From the NCBI GenBank assembly GCA_964016885.1, contig OZ024745.1, positions 68,138,001 through 68,202,000 on the forward strand: a stretch of 64,000 nucleotides of DNA. The letters run 5' to 3'. The notes below the pieces were generated by a model. The model did not search any database. It was given only the letters and a program-made list of their open reading frames with translations, and had not been told where the DNA came from. Shown here piece after piece: positions 28,961 through 41,341 of this stretch. The stretch is from Eledone cirrhosa. Lineage: Eukaryota. Both the position numbers and the translations under genes were made by a program. Numbering within the stretch: the stretch's first letter is position 1; every line of letters starts with the position of its first letter.

Positions 28961-30885
28961 TTCAAGAGTAACCAATCTTAAAAAGAGAGATGGAGATAGG
29001 AGAGGAGATAGGAGAGGAGAGATTGGTGAATTAGTTAGAAGCCAAAGCGTGAAGGCATGTGCTCAATGTGCAATATGCAGGGGAAAGTAGCTAGGTGGCT
29101 GGGTTCATGCAGAGGTTAGGTGCACAGAGCTGGAAATATTCATTAGTTAAGCAAATTACGACCAAAAATTTCACAAGGAAGACATTATTAAACGATTGTC
29201 AACATATTTTAGTTTGATGTAAAGAATGTAGAGAATAATAATAATAATATTAATAATTATAATAATAATAATAATGTCCGTTTACAATTGTTTCGCTACT
29301 CCATATAATATTTCTGGATCAAATGATTATATATCATTATGTATCTGGTTCAGTTGAAAATAATTAACATAGGTAAAGATAGAGCAGCTCATCGGAACTT
29401 CAAAGGAATATAAATTAAAATAAGGAAAGAATGTTACATATATGTAATGTTCCATATATTGGTATTTCACTATGGTGTCCTGGGTATATCAATTGTCTGC
29501 CATAGTCGAGCAGTATTCTTCTGTCGAGGCTGCATCGTGTGAGATCTGCCTATGGGTAACAAGATGGCAGCCAATGGACATATTTACCTTACTAATTAGA
29601 GGGTGGTTTCAGGGAAAGTAACTCCTCGAGAGATTAGAAATTGAGAGTAGTTTATAGTTAAGTGCTAATTTTTTAATTTTTTAATTGAGAGACAATGTAA
29701 AGGAGGTAACTTATAATTATCTAAGTTAGTTATAGCTATTTAACTTATTAGCTACAAGTAAAAATGGAGCTAGATGACTATGTTGGGTCAAATATTCTGT
29801 TGGCGAAGGAATTAGCCCTTCAATGTTGACAGCTAATAGTTACCTCCGTTCTATCGTTAATCAGTAGAGGTCGTGATAGAGTTATGTAATATGCTTCGGT
29901 AAGACAGAGTTCATAAGATTTTCGTCGTCCATTGAACGGTTGGGCCCTAACCAAGATATCCCATGCTAGTGAGTGTTCAATGTTGGTTAATTTAAGGTTT
30001 TTAATGAGCCTAGCTAGAGATGTCGAACATCTGTTGTTAGGGTCTCGGAAGGAAAAAGAGTGCGCGTTATAGCGTACCTTAAAAGGGCCCAACCGTTCAA
30101 TGGACGAAGAAAATCTTGTGACCTCTGTCTTACCGAAGCATATTACATAACTCTATCACGACCTCTACTGATTAACGATAGAACGGAGCAAACTATTAGC
30201 TGTCAACATCGAAGGGCTAATTCCTTCGCCAACAGAATATTTGACCCAACATAGTCATCTAGCCCCATTTTTACTTGTAGCTAATAAGTTAAATAGCTAT
30301 AACTAACTTAGATAATTATAAGTTACCTCCCTTACATTGTCTGTCAATTAAAAAATAAAAAAATTAGCACTTAACTATAAACTACCCACAATTTCTAATC
30401 TCTCGAGGAGTTACTTCCCCTGAAACCACCCTCTAATTAGTAAGGTAAATATGTCCATTGGCGGCCATCTTGTTACCCATAGGCAGATCTTAAACAATGC
30501 AGCCTCGACAGAAGAATACTGCTCGACTATGGCAGACAATTGATATACCCAGGACACCATAGTGAAATACCAATATATGGAACATTACATTTATGTAACA
30601 TTCTTTCCTTATTTTAATTTTTATTCCTTTGAAGTTCCGATGAGCTGCTCTATCTTTACCTATGTTAATTATTTTCAACTGAACCAGATAAATAATGATA
30701 TATAATCATTTGATCCAGAAATATTATATGGAGTAGCGAAACAATTGTAAACGGACATTATTATTATTATTATTATTAATATTATTATTATTATTCTCTA
30801 CATTCCTTACATCAAACTAAAATATGTTGACAATCTTTTAATAATGTCTTCCTTGTGAAATTTGTGGTCTTGTTTTGCTCAACTA

Positions 30886-30888
<3 letters not shown>
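28958..30888 (-). mobile_element. 5'-truncated Penelope-like element: GIY-YIG C-terminus (29820-30085), inverted arms 29141-29948 / 30084-30888, tail 28958-29140
   Basis: FKVRYNAH..TSLARLI..WDIL..AQPFNG..C(D/E)LCLTEAYYI..LINDRTE..CQH appears on both strands. The ~805 bp arms are near-perfect reverse complements. (TA)n on both sides. Confidence 0.92.
30634..30752 (+). ncRNA. Hammerhead ribozyme, C4 variant with long stem II insert (mirror copy 29280-29398, -)
   Basis: GTT-CCGATGA-GCTGCTCTAT..ATGGAGTAGC-GAAA-CAATTG-TA-AAC, located in the 3' UTR of a GIY-YIG ORF. Confidence 0.8.
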
Positions 30889-30930
<42 letters not shown>

Positions 30931-30935
30931 CATAT

Positions 30936-31828
30936 ATACATTATGAAGAGAGAAGAAACATTTAGATATAATTAGTAATAAAATGTATCATACCTAAACT
31001 GCTCCTAGATTCCTCGACTACGTAGTTTCGTGGCATAAACAAAAACAATACATCATAAAGATATAGAGTCCTTGCGAGGTCTGCCGACTTATCAAGAGGA
31101 TACCTCATTTTACTAGTCTCAAGAACGCGTCTACACGACGTGAGAAAGAATCCCAAAAGGCGGAGGGGGAGATAGTCACGCGATATAACGGTCGAGAAAC
31201 AGAGCTAAGCCTCTTGTATCTGTGTGTTTCTAAATATATTGTTAATAACTCCCTCTGGTCGAGCAATCTTTGAAGTGTGGGGACTGCTGAAAAGCTTCCA
31301 TTACTCATACTTATCTCCTCCTTCACCACCTCTTCTACGGCTTCGATATAAATACCCCCTCCGCCTCCGTGGTATTTTCTTCGGGGTTATAAGAGGCTTA
31401 GCTCTGTTTCTCGACCGTTATATCGCGTGACTATCTCCCCCTCCGCCTTTTGGAATTCTTTCTCACGTCGTGTAGACGCGTTCTTGAGACTAGTAAAATG
31501 AGGTATCCTCTTGATAAGTCGGCAGACCTCGCAAGGACTCTATATCTTTATGATGTATTGTTTTTGTTTATGCCACGAAACTACGTAGTCGAGGAATCTA
31601 GGAGCAGTTTATGTATGATACATTTTATTACTAATTATATCTAAATGTTTCTTCTCTCTTCATAATGTATTTTTAACTCTGATACTGGTTCAGTCTAGTT
31701 CAACCGGATTGGTCTGTCCCAGTCATTCATTGAGCAACATCGGTGAAGTTGGCACCCTTAACTCACGGTTGGGTGCGGATGCATTCATGTATATGTGTGT
31801 GTCCGCATGTATCTGTGTGTTTCTAAAT

Positions 31829-31831
<3 letters not shown>
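30936..31831 (+). mobile_element. Fold-back retrozyme-like element, arms 30936-31218 / 31388-31670, tail to 31831
   Basis: 283 bp inverted arms, HHR in arms, 24 nt terminal redundancy (31215-31238 = 31808-31831), (TA)n flanks. Confidence 0.88.
31506..31595 (+). ncRNA. Hammerhead ribozyme, U3:A8 core variant (mirror copy 31011-31100, -)
   Basis: TCCTC-TTGATAA-GTCGGCA..TGCCAC-GAAA-CTACGTAG-TC-GAGGA. Palindromic ACTACGTAGT stem III, GUC site. Confidence 0.8.
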
Positions 31832-31869
<38 letters not shown>

Positions 31870-31896
31870 TATATATATACAAATATATATATATAA

Positions 31897-31973
<77 letters not shown>

Positions 31974-31986
31974 TATATATATATAA

Positions 31987-32014
<28 letters not shown>

Positions 32015-32017
<3 letters not shown>

Positions 32018-32219
32018 GGAAAATGTTAGACCCCGACGGCAGAGCTCAAGCCGTTTCGACGGCTATTTCTGGACTCAGAAAACGTTCAGAAATAGCCGTC
32101 GAAATGGCTTGAGCTCTGCCGTCGTCGTCTAACACTTTCCTATTACTCACTCTACTACCCTATGTATTGAGAACTCTGGTGCGCTATAGTCCATCTGGTC
32201 CCTTACCACATCTCCTTCG

Positions 32220-32220
<1 letters not shown>
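32015..32220 (+). mobile_element. Short fold-back element (arms 32015-32071 / 32087-32143, tail to 32220)
   Basis: Hairpin plus tail between (TA)n tracts. Related copies at 15464-15556 (+) and 42616-42784 (-). Confidence 0.85.
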
Positions 32221-32265
<45 letters not shown>

Positions 32266-32829
32266 TTTGTGCAATTATTACCAGCTATTGTTACTGCAAC
32301 GAACACTGTGAAGTAACGTGTTTCGCCCCCTTCATTATTAATATTTTCTGCCATGATATTTTACAAACCAATTATTGTATTCCGGTTCCATTTGTTCCTA
32401 CCATGCCCTTCCAGTCCGATTCAATGGTGTTATACAATTGATTCATCACCGAATTATTACGTAATGTGATTTGGATATAATACGCTTCTCTATTGAATGT
32501 ATTGTCTACTAGGTGTCGCTTCATTCTTTTTCGTAAATGATGTATCTTTCAGTCTCCCCCGTTTCCCCCTTTACATACCTTCCCACATACTGATTCGTTC
32601 GCATACCCAAACATACAGACCGACGTACAAACACTTACATTCACATATACATATACATATAGGGAAACTGAGCTTACGGTTTGTGTGTATGCGAGTCTTT
32701 ATGTGAAATTGTGTGTATGTGTCTGCATTTATTTATGAGTCTAGGTTTTATACATTTTTTATTTCTGTTCATGTTTGTGTGTGCGTGTGTGTGTGTGTGA
32801 GTGAGAGAAAGAGATAGATGGATAGATAC

Positions 32830-32863
<34 letters not shown>

Positions 32864-33029
32864 CAAGAGAGAGATAGAATGAGACAGCGAGAGAAAGAAA
32901 GAGAAAGAGAGAATGAGAACGTGAGAAAGAGAGAATGAAGAAGTGAGAGAGAGAACGAGAAAATGTGAGAGAAAGAAAGTGAGAAAGGGAATGAGAAAGG
33001 GAAAAAGATAGAAAGAGAGAAAGAGAGAG

Positions 33030-33078
<49 letters not shown>

Positions 33079-33122
33079 ATGAGAAATTGAGTGAGAGAGT
33101 GAGAAAGAGAGAATGAGAACGT

Positions 33123-33231
<109 letters not shown>

Positions 33232-33867
33232 TGATAGAGAGAGAGAGAAAGAGAACCTATTGGAGTAAGATGGACCTCTATTGAATGTGACCCTATTGTT
33301 ACTAGAAACGAATCTACAGTAAAATGTTTTGATTGGCATTTCCCTGAAAGTAATTTGCTGACTTATATGTAACGAGACCAAATTAATTATTTCTGTATAT
33401 TATATATAACCCTTTTGATGTTGGTTTTCGTACTAAATTACACGTTGAATCCACTTTATTTGTAGTAGGTCAGTTATCATTTGATCTACGTTTAATTCCG
33501 TGAAGACGTGTGGCTTATTGGTTAGTGTGTTCACGTTGATCCTTCGCTCAATTGTAATTTAAAGGCTCAACCTTATTACACACTGTGCCTAATGGTATAC
33601 GTATCTATGGAACGTTCAACCACTCGTTCCTTTATTTCTCGAGCAGGGTGTTCTGTTGGTCAAACAACAAGAACACTCACCGACAGAAACATATGTAATG
33701 ATTTTCCACACAAGGTTCTTTTTTTCCGATTTAGTTTTCTAAATCTTTCTTTTGAATATTTCTAAGATAATATTCCCAAAACGTTTTTGTTATTGCTTAG
33801 ATATATAAAGTCTTATTTGCATTACTTTAGCCTAAAACATTGTTATATAGCGTGTGTATTCATGTAT

Positions 33868-33982
<115 letters not shown>

Positions 33983-34704
33983 AATATCTTATCTATTGAG
34001 AAAGCGTTAGAGATTAGATAAATAGTTCGATAGCTATAGATATATAGATAAGAGTGATATGTACAGTTAAGATTGGTGAATAACTTGAAGACAGTACCTT
34101 CTTTCTGAAGTCCGATAAATATACTAGTATCTCTAATCTCATAATTTTGAATACATTTATCTTTCTCTGTGTAAAAGGATTATCCAAGTATATTTTCAAC
34201 CTTGTTAAGTTCCTCACAGGTAAGCCAGACAGATAATATAACTTTGCTTCAATAACTTCTGTACTTTTACACAAATTCGAATTTCCGATCTAGCATTTGT
34301 AAATTGTCTTTATATATCTTTTCGATTTTCTCTTAGACATTTCTGAAATAGAAGCTGCAGTGTCTGGTTTGATTTTTCGACAGTCTCATCTTATCATTTA
34401 ACTATTAATCCAACCAATATAATCTTAATAGTATTTGATCTGGCAGTTAAGTTGTAACGTTTAGTAACGGAAAATAACATATGGGTAGTTGCCATATTCA
34501 ACGCCTTTACACCCCCCCCCCCCACACACACATGTATATGCACGCACATATGTATTAAAATAGTGAATACACATATACGTATATGTTTGTGTATTCAAAT
34601 TCGCATATATGTTTATTTATGAATGGACCTTTTATTTTTATCTAAAGACATTTTTCCCAATTCCAAACCGCCCGTCACTTCAATCTATCTTATTTCTCAT
34701 TTTT

Positions 34705-34740
34705 TCTTCTGATGAAGGACTAGCATCCGAAACGTTAAGA
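34705..34740 (+). ncRNA. Minimal hammerhead ribozyme
   Basis: TCTT-CTGATGA-A-GGA(CTAGCA)TCC-GAAA-CG-TT-AAGA, about 90 nt upstream of (TA)n. Confidence 0.75.
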
Positions 34741-34824
34741 CCCTCTTCCTGCTATATCAAGCGTTAACCTAATATATCCCTTCCATATACTGTACCGATT
34801 GTGTTGTTATTTCTGTTTACCTTT

Positions 34825-34880
<56 letters not shown>

Positions 34881-34930
34881 CGCGGGTTGGCTGAGAAGTT
34901 CATACGCTGACCAAGATACTCTCATGGAAA
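34881..34930 (+). mobile_element. Mariner-like TIR fragment
   Basis: TA|CGCGGGTTGGCTGAGAAGTTC resembles mariner terminal repeats. Single end only, in (TA)n. Confidence 0.45.
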
Positions 34931-34966
<36 letters not shown>

Positions 34967-34969
<3 letters not shown>

Positions 34970-35709
34970 GAGAGGAAATGGTGTATATATATTATCAAAT
35001 GATTCTATGGACATACTTTATAGTATATTGCTCTGATTATTTGATTTATTAATCCACCATTGAGCCACATCGTGAATGGTTGCCAAAACATATATATCTG
35101 TGACTTTGTCTAGTTCGTGTATATGTAAATCTTTATATTTGATAATCTCCCATAAGGTTGAGATGCAATTTGGGCAATATTGGGCTGCGCTTTCTAGCAA
35201 CCAGCCCACTCGCCGTAAGCCACCAATCAGATTCTTTCTGACTTGACCACTGCCACGTCACAGTTCTTAGCCACTTGAATTCGTTTCTGGCGGGGATCAT
35301 TTAAGAAAATTCTTTGTCCAAATGAGTTTGTTTCCCGATGAGTTCAAAGCTCGAGATTTCATCCTTGATAGGATACTTCCGAAAGCGAACGAAACCCTAA
35401 GGGTAGAAACGTAATCCTGGTATGTGTATATGCATTTTTTCTTCTAACTTTAATTTTATACCTAATTGTGTATGGTTGACGGTATATTTAATCGATTTCC
35501 ACGTGCTATTGAAATGTTGGGTAAATATTCTATAGCGGTTGATCGTGAATAAATTGCTGTCGTTTATTCATCTACTATTTCTTCATAGGTGCCTTTTAAT
35601 CTTATAGCCTGGTTTAATTGATTTTTTGTGTGGTTGATTATGCTAATTGGGAGAGCAAATGGTGTATATATATTATCAAATGATTCTATGGACATACTTT
35701 ATAGCATAT
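34967..35709 (+). mobile_element. Retrozyme-like or solo pLTR unit of 681 nt with ~60 nt direct terminal repeat and hammerhead
   Basis: 34967-35028 is nearly identical to 35648-35709. HHR at 35330-35410. No ORF. (TA)n on both sides. Confidence 0.85.
35330..35410 (+). ncRNA. Hammerhead ribozyme, C4 variant
   Basis: GTTTC-CCGATGA-GTTC..GAAC-GAAA-CCC(TAA)GGG-TA-GAAAC. All three stems pair. GUA site. Confidence 0.85.
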
Positions 35710-35807
35710 ATATATATATATATATATCCTTATGATCGACTAAAATCTCTTTAAGGCGCCGCTAAAGCATGGTCGCAGTCTAATGACAAACCAGTAAAAG
35801 AATAAGG

Positions 35808-35970
<163 letters not shown>

Positions 35971-36384
35971 TGAGTCAATTTGTAATTGTTTCCAATCTTA
36001 GTTGAAGTTTCTCAGGCGTATATTTAACGTGTGATCTGTCAGGCACTATATGACAAATGAAACTATGTTTGCAATGCATTAAGTAGACTATTTCCCATTT
36101 TTATCATGGCGAGTCTCGGGGTCGAACATATAGTAGGTTAAATGTATAACTGATTTGACTGCTATAATGTAAGGGAACCTACCCAATCTAAACCTATATC
36201 CACCAAGAGGCTAAATCAGAGAAGGTTCCACCTGGACACTTTCCAGAAGCTCGAATGTTCGCGACCTACTGATTCAAATGATGTTTGTTGACCATAGTTT
36301 TGAATTGGGTAGTTTCCCTTGCATCACATCAGGCCAATCCTCTATACGTTGGATCTGTCATATATTTAACATATATAACATCGT

Positions 36385-36476
36385 GACATGATATGACGTG
36401 ATGTAAAGTGATTTAAAGTGATTTAAAGTGATGTAAAGTGATGTAAAGTGATGTAAAATGATGCGAAGTGATGTAG
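36385..36476. repeat. 10 bp minisatellite (GTGATGTAAA)n
   Basis: About 8 degenerate units. Confidence 0.8.
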
Positions 36477-36663
36477 CGCAATATGACGTGACAGAGTTGC
36501 AATAATAGTGTATACTATAATATAATATCCGACTGGTCGCATGTGTATATTTTACATGTTGGAAATTCCGTGTAGCGACGGCGAGAATCACCAACTGATT
36601 CACATTAGCTTCAGATTGCGTATAATATACAATATAATATGTAATAATAGCAATAATATCCAG

Positions 36664-36723
<60 letters not shown>

Positions 36724-37593
36724 AATGTTATAATGTATGTACACACACACACATATATATACATATATATATGTACATATAGGTAGCATGCAATTATGTT
36801 GAGAATTTATTCATGATAATATCACCCTGTAGTTAACACAGATCGCGATTCTTCCTTTATCTGATCTACGGAAATCTTGACACTACACACTCAATCACTC
36901 ACACATACACTCACACACACGCATAATAATAATAATAATTGTTTCTACTTTAGGCACAAGGCCAGCAACTACCCAGTGCCTCAATAATAATAATAATGAA
37001 ATTATTGTGTACAGTGCTCAGGTGCATAACAACTTATCAAAGGTGCATGTATAGTACATAGAATAATGTTCAAATGTCAGGAAAATGAACAGTGTATGAG
37101 TCATGAAATACATGTATGCGTGTGTATGGGGGGGGGGGATATCAGGTATAGTGTTGGCGAATTTCAGGAAGCATACACGCTCATAGACGCACATACACAT
37201 ACACTCTCTCAGACAATGATTTATTAATGGAGATATCCTATTAGTTTTGACTAAACAAGATGCTGGGAAGCTCAATGTATTGTTATGATTATTAATCATG
37301 CAGATCAAATGAATCCAGGGTAAAGCAAGGGAGGTAAGAACCGAAAGATTGGAAAATAATCGGCATCACAGAGTATTAATTTATATTAAAGGAAAACCAA
37401 ACGCTTTTAGTAATTAACGTGCTCTGATGTTGGGTTTGAATAGTTTTCAGGATTCCCCAGTCCAGCAGCCAGTACGTTAAAGAAAATTGATACTTACAAC
37501 AATAAAGGCTGAACAGAGAACACATTTTTTAACAAACTTTACAATAATTTGTACAACCATAATGGAAATTACAAGTAACAGAAAATACATAAA

Positions 37594-37795
37594 TTACATT
37601 GTTAGAGCCTCAGAGTATACAATATCTTTTGTTCGGCCCTCGGGAGTAAAGATGAAGAGATTGTTTGGCGAGCTCACCCTAGAGCATCCTACATACAATT
37701 GACCATGGGAGAAGCATGGTTTTCCCAGATGAAGGCCAGTCTCTTTTAGGGTTTGACCCCGAGCTTTGTTGATGGTAATCGCGAAGCTTAGTCTC
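37594..37795 (-). pseudogene. Helitron RepHel PIF1-helicase C-terminal fragment
   Basis: RLSFAITINKARGQTL..GLHLGKPCFSHGQLYVGCSRV..TKDIVYSEAL* matches PIF1 motifs V/VI of Helitron helicases. A Helitron-like 5' end (TCTATATTATAAAG on -) is at about 38736. Confidence 0.9.
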
Positions 37796-37984
37796 TCTGC
37801 TGCTCTAGTAACATTTTTTCTTCTGGAAAATCTGATCTTGCGGCCAGGCTGGGACTTTTTGGGTGGCATATCGGCAGTAACAATGACGATAAGCCGTCTG
37901 TGCTTTCGTGAAATAAATACGTTTGTTTATATTTTGTTTTTGTGTATGCAAACATATCTGTACACGAATATATAATTATATATA

Positions 37985-38290
37985 TATTAAAATAACAGAT
38001 TAAAGTTTAAGCAAAGAATCGCTGCTTTCACCCTTAACGGGATCTTCTGAAACTAAAAAAATCAGTCTGTGTACGCGGAAGTAAATATTTCGAAAAACGT
38101 TGCAACCGAAGGAAAACAGGAAGACGATACTTTGGTTCATGAAGATGTTCCCTGGCAATGAACGGAAAAAGCGAAGATAATACGTCAGCAATGAGAACAA
38201 TATTTGCTCTAGGGTTCTTATATATTTTATATATATTTATCCTTATCGAGCCCTCTTTGGATTTTAGTCTTCACATTTATTATTATTACT
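37985..38290 (+). mobile_element. Deleted derivative of the 60532-62866 PLE (inverted arm joined directly to tail)
   Basis: 37985-38200 matches 60536 onward, and 38200-38290 matches the tail at 62774-62866. Confidence 0.85.
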
Positions 38291-38302
38291 AATTATATAT
38301 AT

Positions 38303-38356
<54 letters not shown>

Positions 38357-40832
38357 TTATTGAGAGGGCGTGCGGTATCTTTGCACTGCATTAATTAAAA
38401 GTTGGTTAGAAGCGAAGTCAATGCAGACAGGCAGCCAGACAGACATATTATAAGCGTGCGACGTTATAGCTATGTATTTATCTAAAAAGATAGAGTAAGA
38501 AAGAGAGAGGAATGTTGTATAACCTGAAGTGTTGACATTTAAAAATTTTAAAGAAATGAATATTTAAATAAACGATAAAATATCTTTAATCTTTTAACGA
38601 AATTTAGAAGACAAATATACCCTCACTTTCTTACTTGGAAAAAGTTACATCTATGGTGTAAATCTGGTGCTTTTTGGTCCAGCCGTTTGGCGAAAAGTTT
38701 GATACATACATACGACCGTCAGCTTTATAATATAGATAGTGTGTTTTGTTTATGTAATACAGTGGGTAATGAGTAATATGTATTATAATATGTAAAATGT
38801 AAATATCTAGCATAACATACATTTTAATGCATAATGTGTAATTATAATACGGAATGTGCAAAATAATTTGTTGATATTACGTGAAAATGAAGATTAGTGC
38901 AGTTGGAGTTAAATGCAGGAAAAAATAATTAAGAATGTAGAAAATCCTAGATAATGTAAATAAACGACTGTTTTATAAAAGTGAATGGTAAATGTTACTG
39001 GCATGTGAGATAAGAATGTTTAAACTGTTGTAAATAATGAAGTTGTGGTACATAAATAATCCTATAGGTTTTCCTATAAATTCGAAGAGATGTAAATATA
39101 GAAAACATTAGTGGAATAGGTCTTCGTCTGATTCGACGATGACTCTTCCAGTTGTTTAAACAGCCTTCCCATGAAATTAACTAGTCATTCCACTGACACG
39201 TTTACCCTTAACGTAATTCTCAGGGACATTCAGTGTGACTTAGTGTGCGACAATGTTAGTTATTTAGAATATAGGTACAGTCCATTGACGGGATTCCAAA
39301 CAGTTTTCCTCCACCCAATTTTACTCACAAGACATCGGTCTACCCGAGGCTATAGTAAATAACACCTAATGACTGCTGTGCCCACAAAATATTAGTTGTC
39401 AATTTAGAATAACGTAAGGAAAGGAAAAGGGAAAGAAGCCGACCGACAGATCGGACTAAGAAAACAGTTTTCCATTGCCCTTTCCACTGCTCTTACTACC
39501 TGCCCATAGCAACATTTGGAAACCTCAAAGTTTTTCCCGGGATATGGTAGGAGATTTAAACCAGGAACTCACTGAGGCGAAACAGATAACTCATACATCC
39601 CATGAGATTCCAGATTCAATCTCACAGTGTATCCTCTTGTGTAAGTCTCTATATCATAGACCTGAGTCGACTTAAGCCTTGTGAGGAAAGCGGTAGCCAG
39701 TCAGATTGACTGTACCTGTAATTCAAATGTCCAGCCTTGTCACATATTGTTTTACACTGATTCAATTTGAGAATTACGTCAAAGGTCCGTGGAAGATTCC
39801 CCAAATCACCCGTTAATTTACGAGTGGGGACGTTCAGTTGATCGAATAATTGAATACTCATCGTCGAAACCAACGGAGGATCCATCCATCTTTATCACCA
39901 GTGTAGAGATATGCTCATCGACAATCAATACACCCGATCACTTGTTAAAAAATACATCTAGTTGGGAATGGGAGAGAGGTTGGTGGTAGAAACGTCTAGC
40001 AATACATTCTATTTATCACACTTGTGTTAGATAAATAAATATTGATTGATGAAATTGATTGATTTAATAAAAAGAAACACAATTCGCCCGAAGCACTATA
40101 ATTATGAAATGATGCTTTCTAATCATATTTTGATTATTCAATCAATATAGTATTTATTTTTGCTTAAGCTGTAAAGACAATGCAATGTCTACTAAAAAAA
40201 TGAAAATAGAATATTGTTTAACTTCTCCATATAAAATTGAAGATCCAGTTTAGTAGGACAAAAGCCGATCACTGGAATTCTTTCACTGGTTCAACTGTTG
40301 CATTAAGTCATCAGAGACGACCCAACAAAGCAGCTATCACGTAAGTATCTAGCCTATTAGACACACCAGCCTAATCACCTTGAAGCTGCACTCTCTTATC
40401 TTATATATGGAGGGAAGCAAGAAATAAAATTATAGTTCTTCAAGATGAGAGTAGCATTTTCATTTTACACCCATTTCCCATGTTTTCACAGGTTAAACGA
40501 GAGACTGAACCCATCCTGTTTTCATGGGTGATAAGCGACCGTGAGTAAGTCACAGGGCTGATCCTCAGCTGTTGCTGGTGCTCATTTTCATCTGAGTGAA
40601 TTGGGGTAACATAAAATGAAGTGTTTTGTTCAAGGTCCCAATGCCTCAACCAGTCTAGGACTCGAACCCAGGACTTTATGTTCATGAGCGCAGCACTATA
40701 ACTACTTGTAGTTGCACCTTCATGGCTGTAGTGTTTGTGATCATAAGTCGTTTCAAACATACCGGACCTAATTATGCTTAAAGAATTGGGTATTAGAAAA
40801 CATTATTTTCCCTTAATGTAACAGGGTACAAG

Positions 40833-40870
<38 letters not shown>

Positions 40871-40948
40871 CGTTTTTGAATTTGTTGAGTAATATTCTTT
40901 ATCTGAAAACGTGTGTTGAAACCGATATTGTTATGCTTTGGGAGGTTA

Positions 40949-41088
40949 ACGTATGTTGATGCCCTAAGGACAGACACTGGTCTGTTGGAGATGCAGGACA
41001 TGGCAGCGATAATGAGGGACAGAGACCGCTGGAGAGAACTCGTCCATGGATCTCGGGAATTTTACCCGCCTTAGATAGATAGATAGAT
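40949..41088 (+). mobile_element. RTE-like LINE extreme 3' end
   Basis: My translation: TYVDALRTDTGLLEMQDMAAIMRDRDRWRELVHGSREFYPP*, then a (TAGA)n tail. Confidence 0.7.
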
Positions 41089-41298
41089 GTTGCCAATAAG
41101 AAACACACGCACCAGTTGCTTTCACTCCAATTTATTATAAATTAAATTTATAAATTTATGAATTTATAAATTTCTGGTTCGGTTGGTTGGTTCCACAACC
41201 AGACGATTGTTCATATATTGTCAAAGTTCTTTCTTCGAAAACAAGATGGCGTAGGACAGAACAAAGGAGAGACACAAAAACAAAGAAAAGAATCCCCA

Positions 41299-41341
41299 GT
41301 CACTGAAGAGGTCACAGAATGTGTGACGAAAGAACTTTGAC
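41299..41341 (+). ncRNA. Minimal hammerhead ribozyme
   Basis: GTCA-CTGAAGA-G-GTCACA(GAATG)TGTGAC-GAAA-GAAC-TT-TGAC. Confidence 0.75.

Noticed and set aside
40268-40318. Minus-strand CTGATGA..GAAAGAATTC
   Set aside because: Stems I and II are poor and the NUH site is missing.
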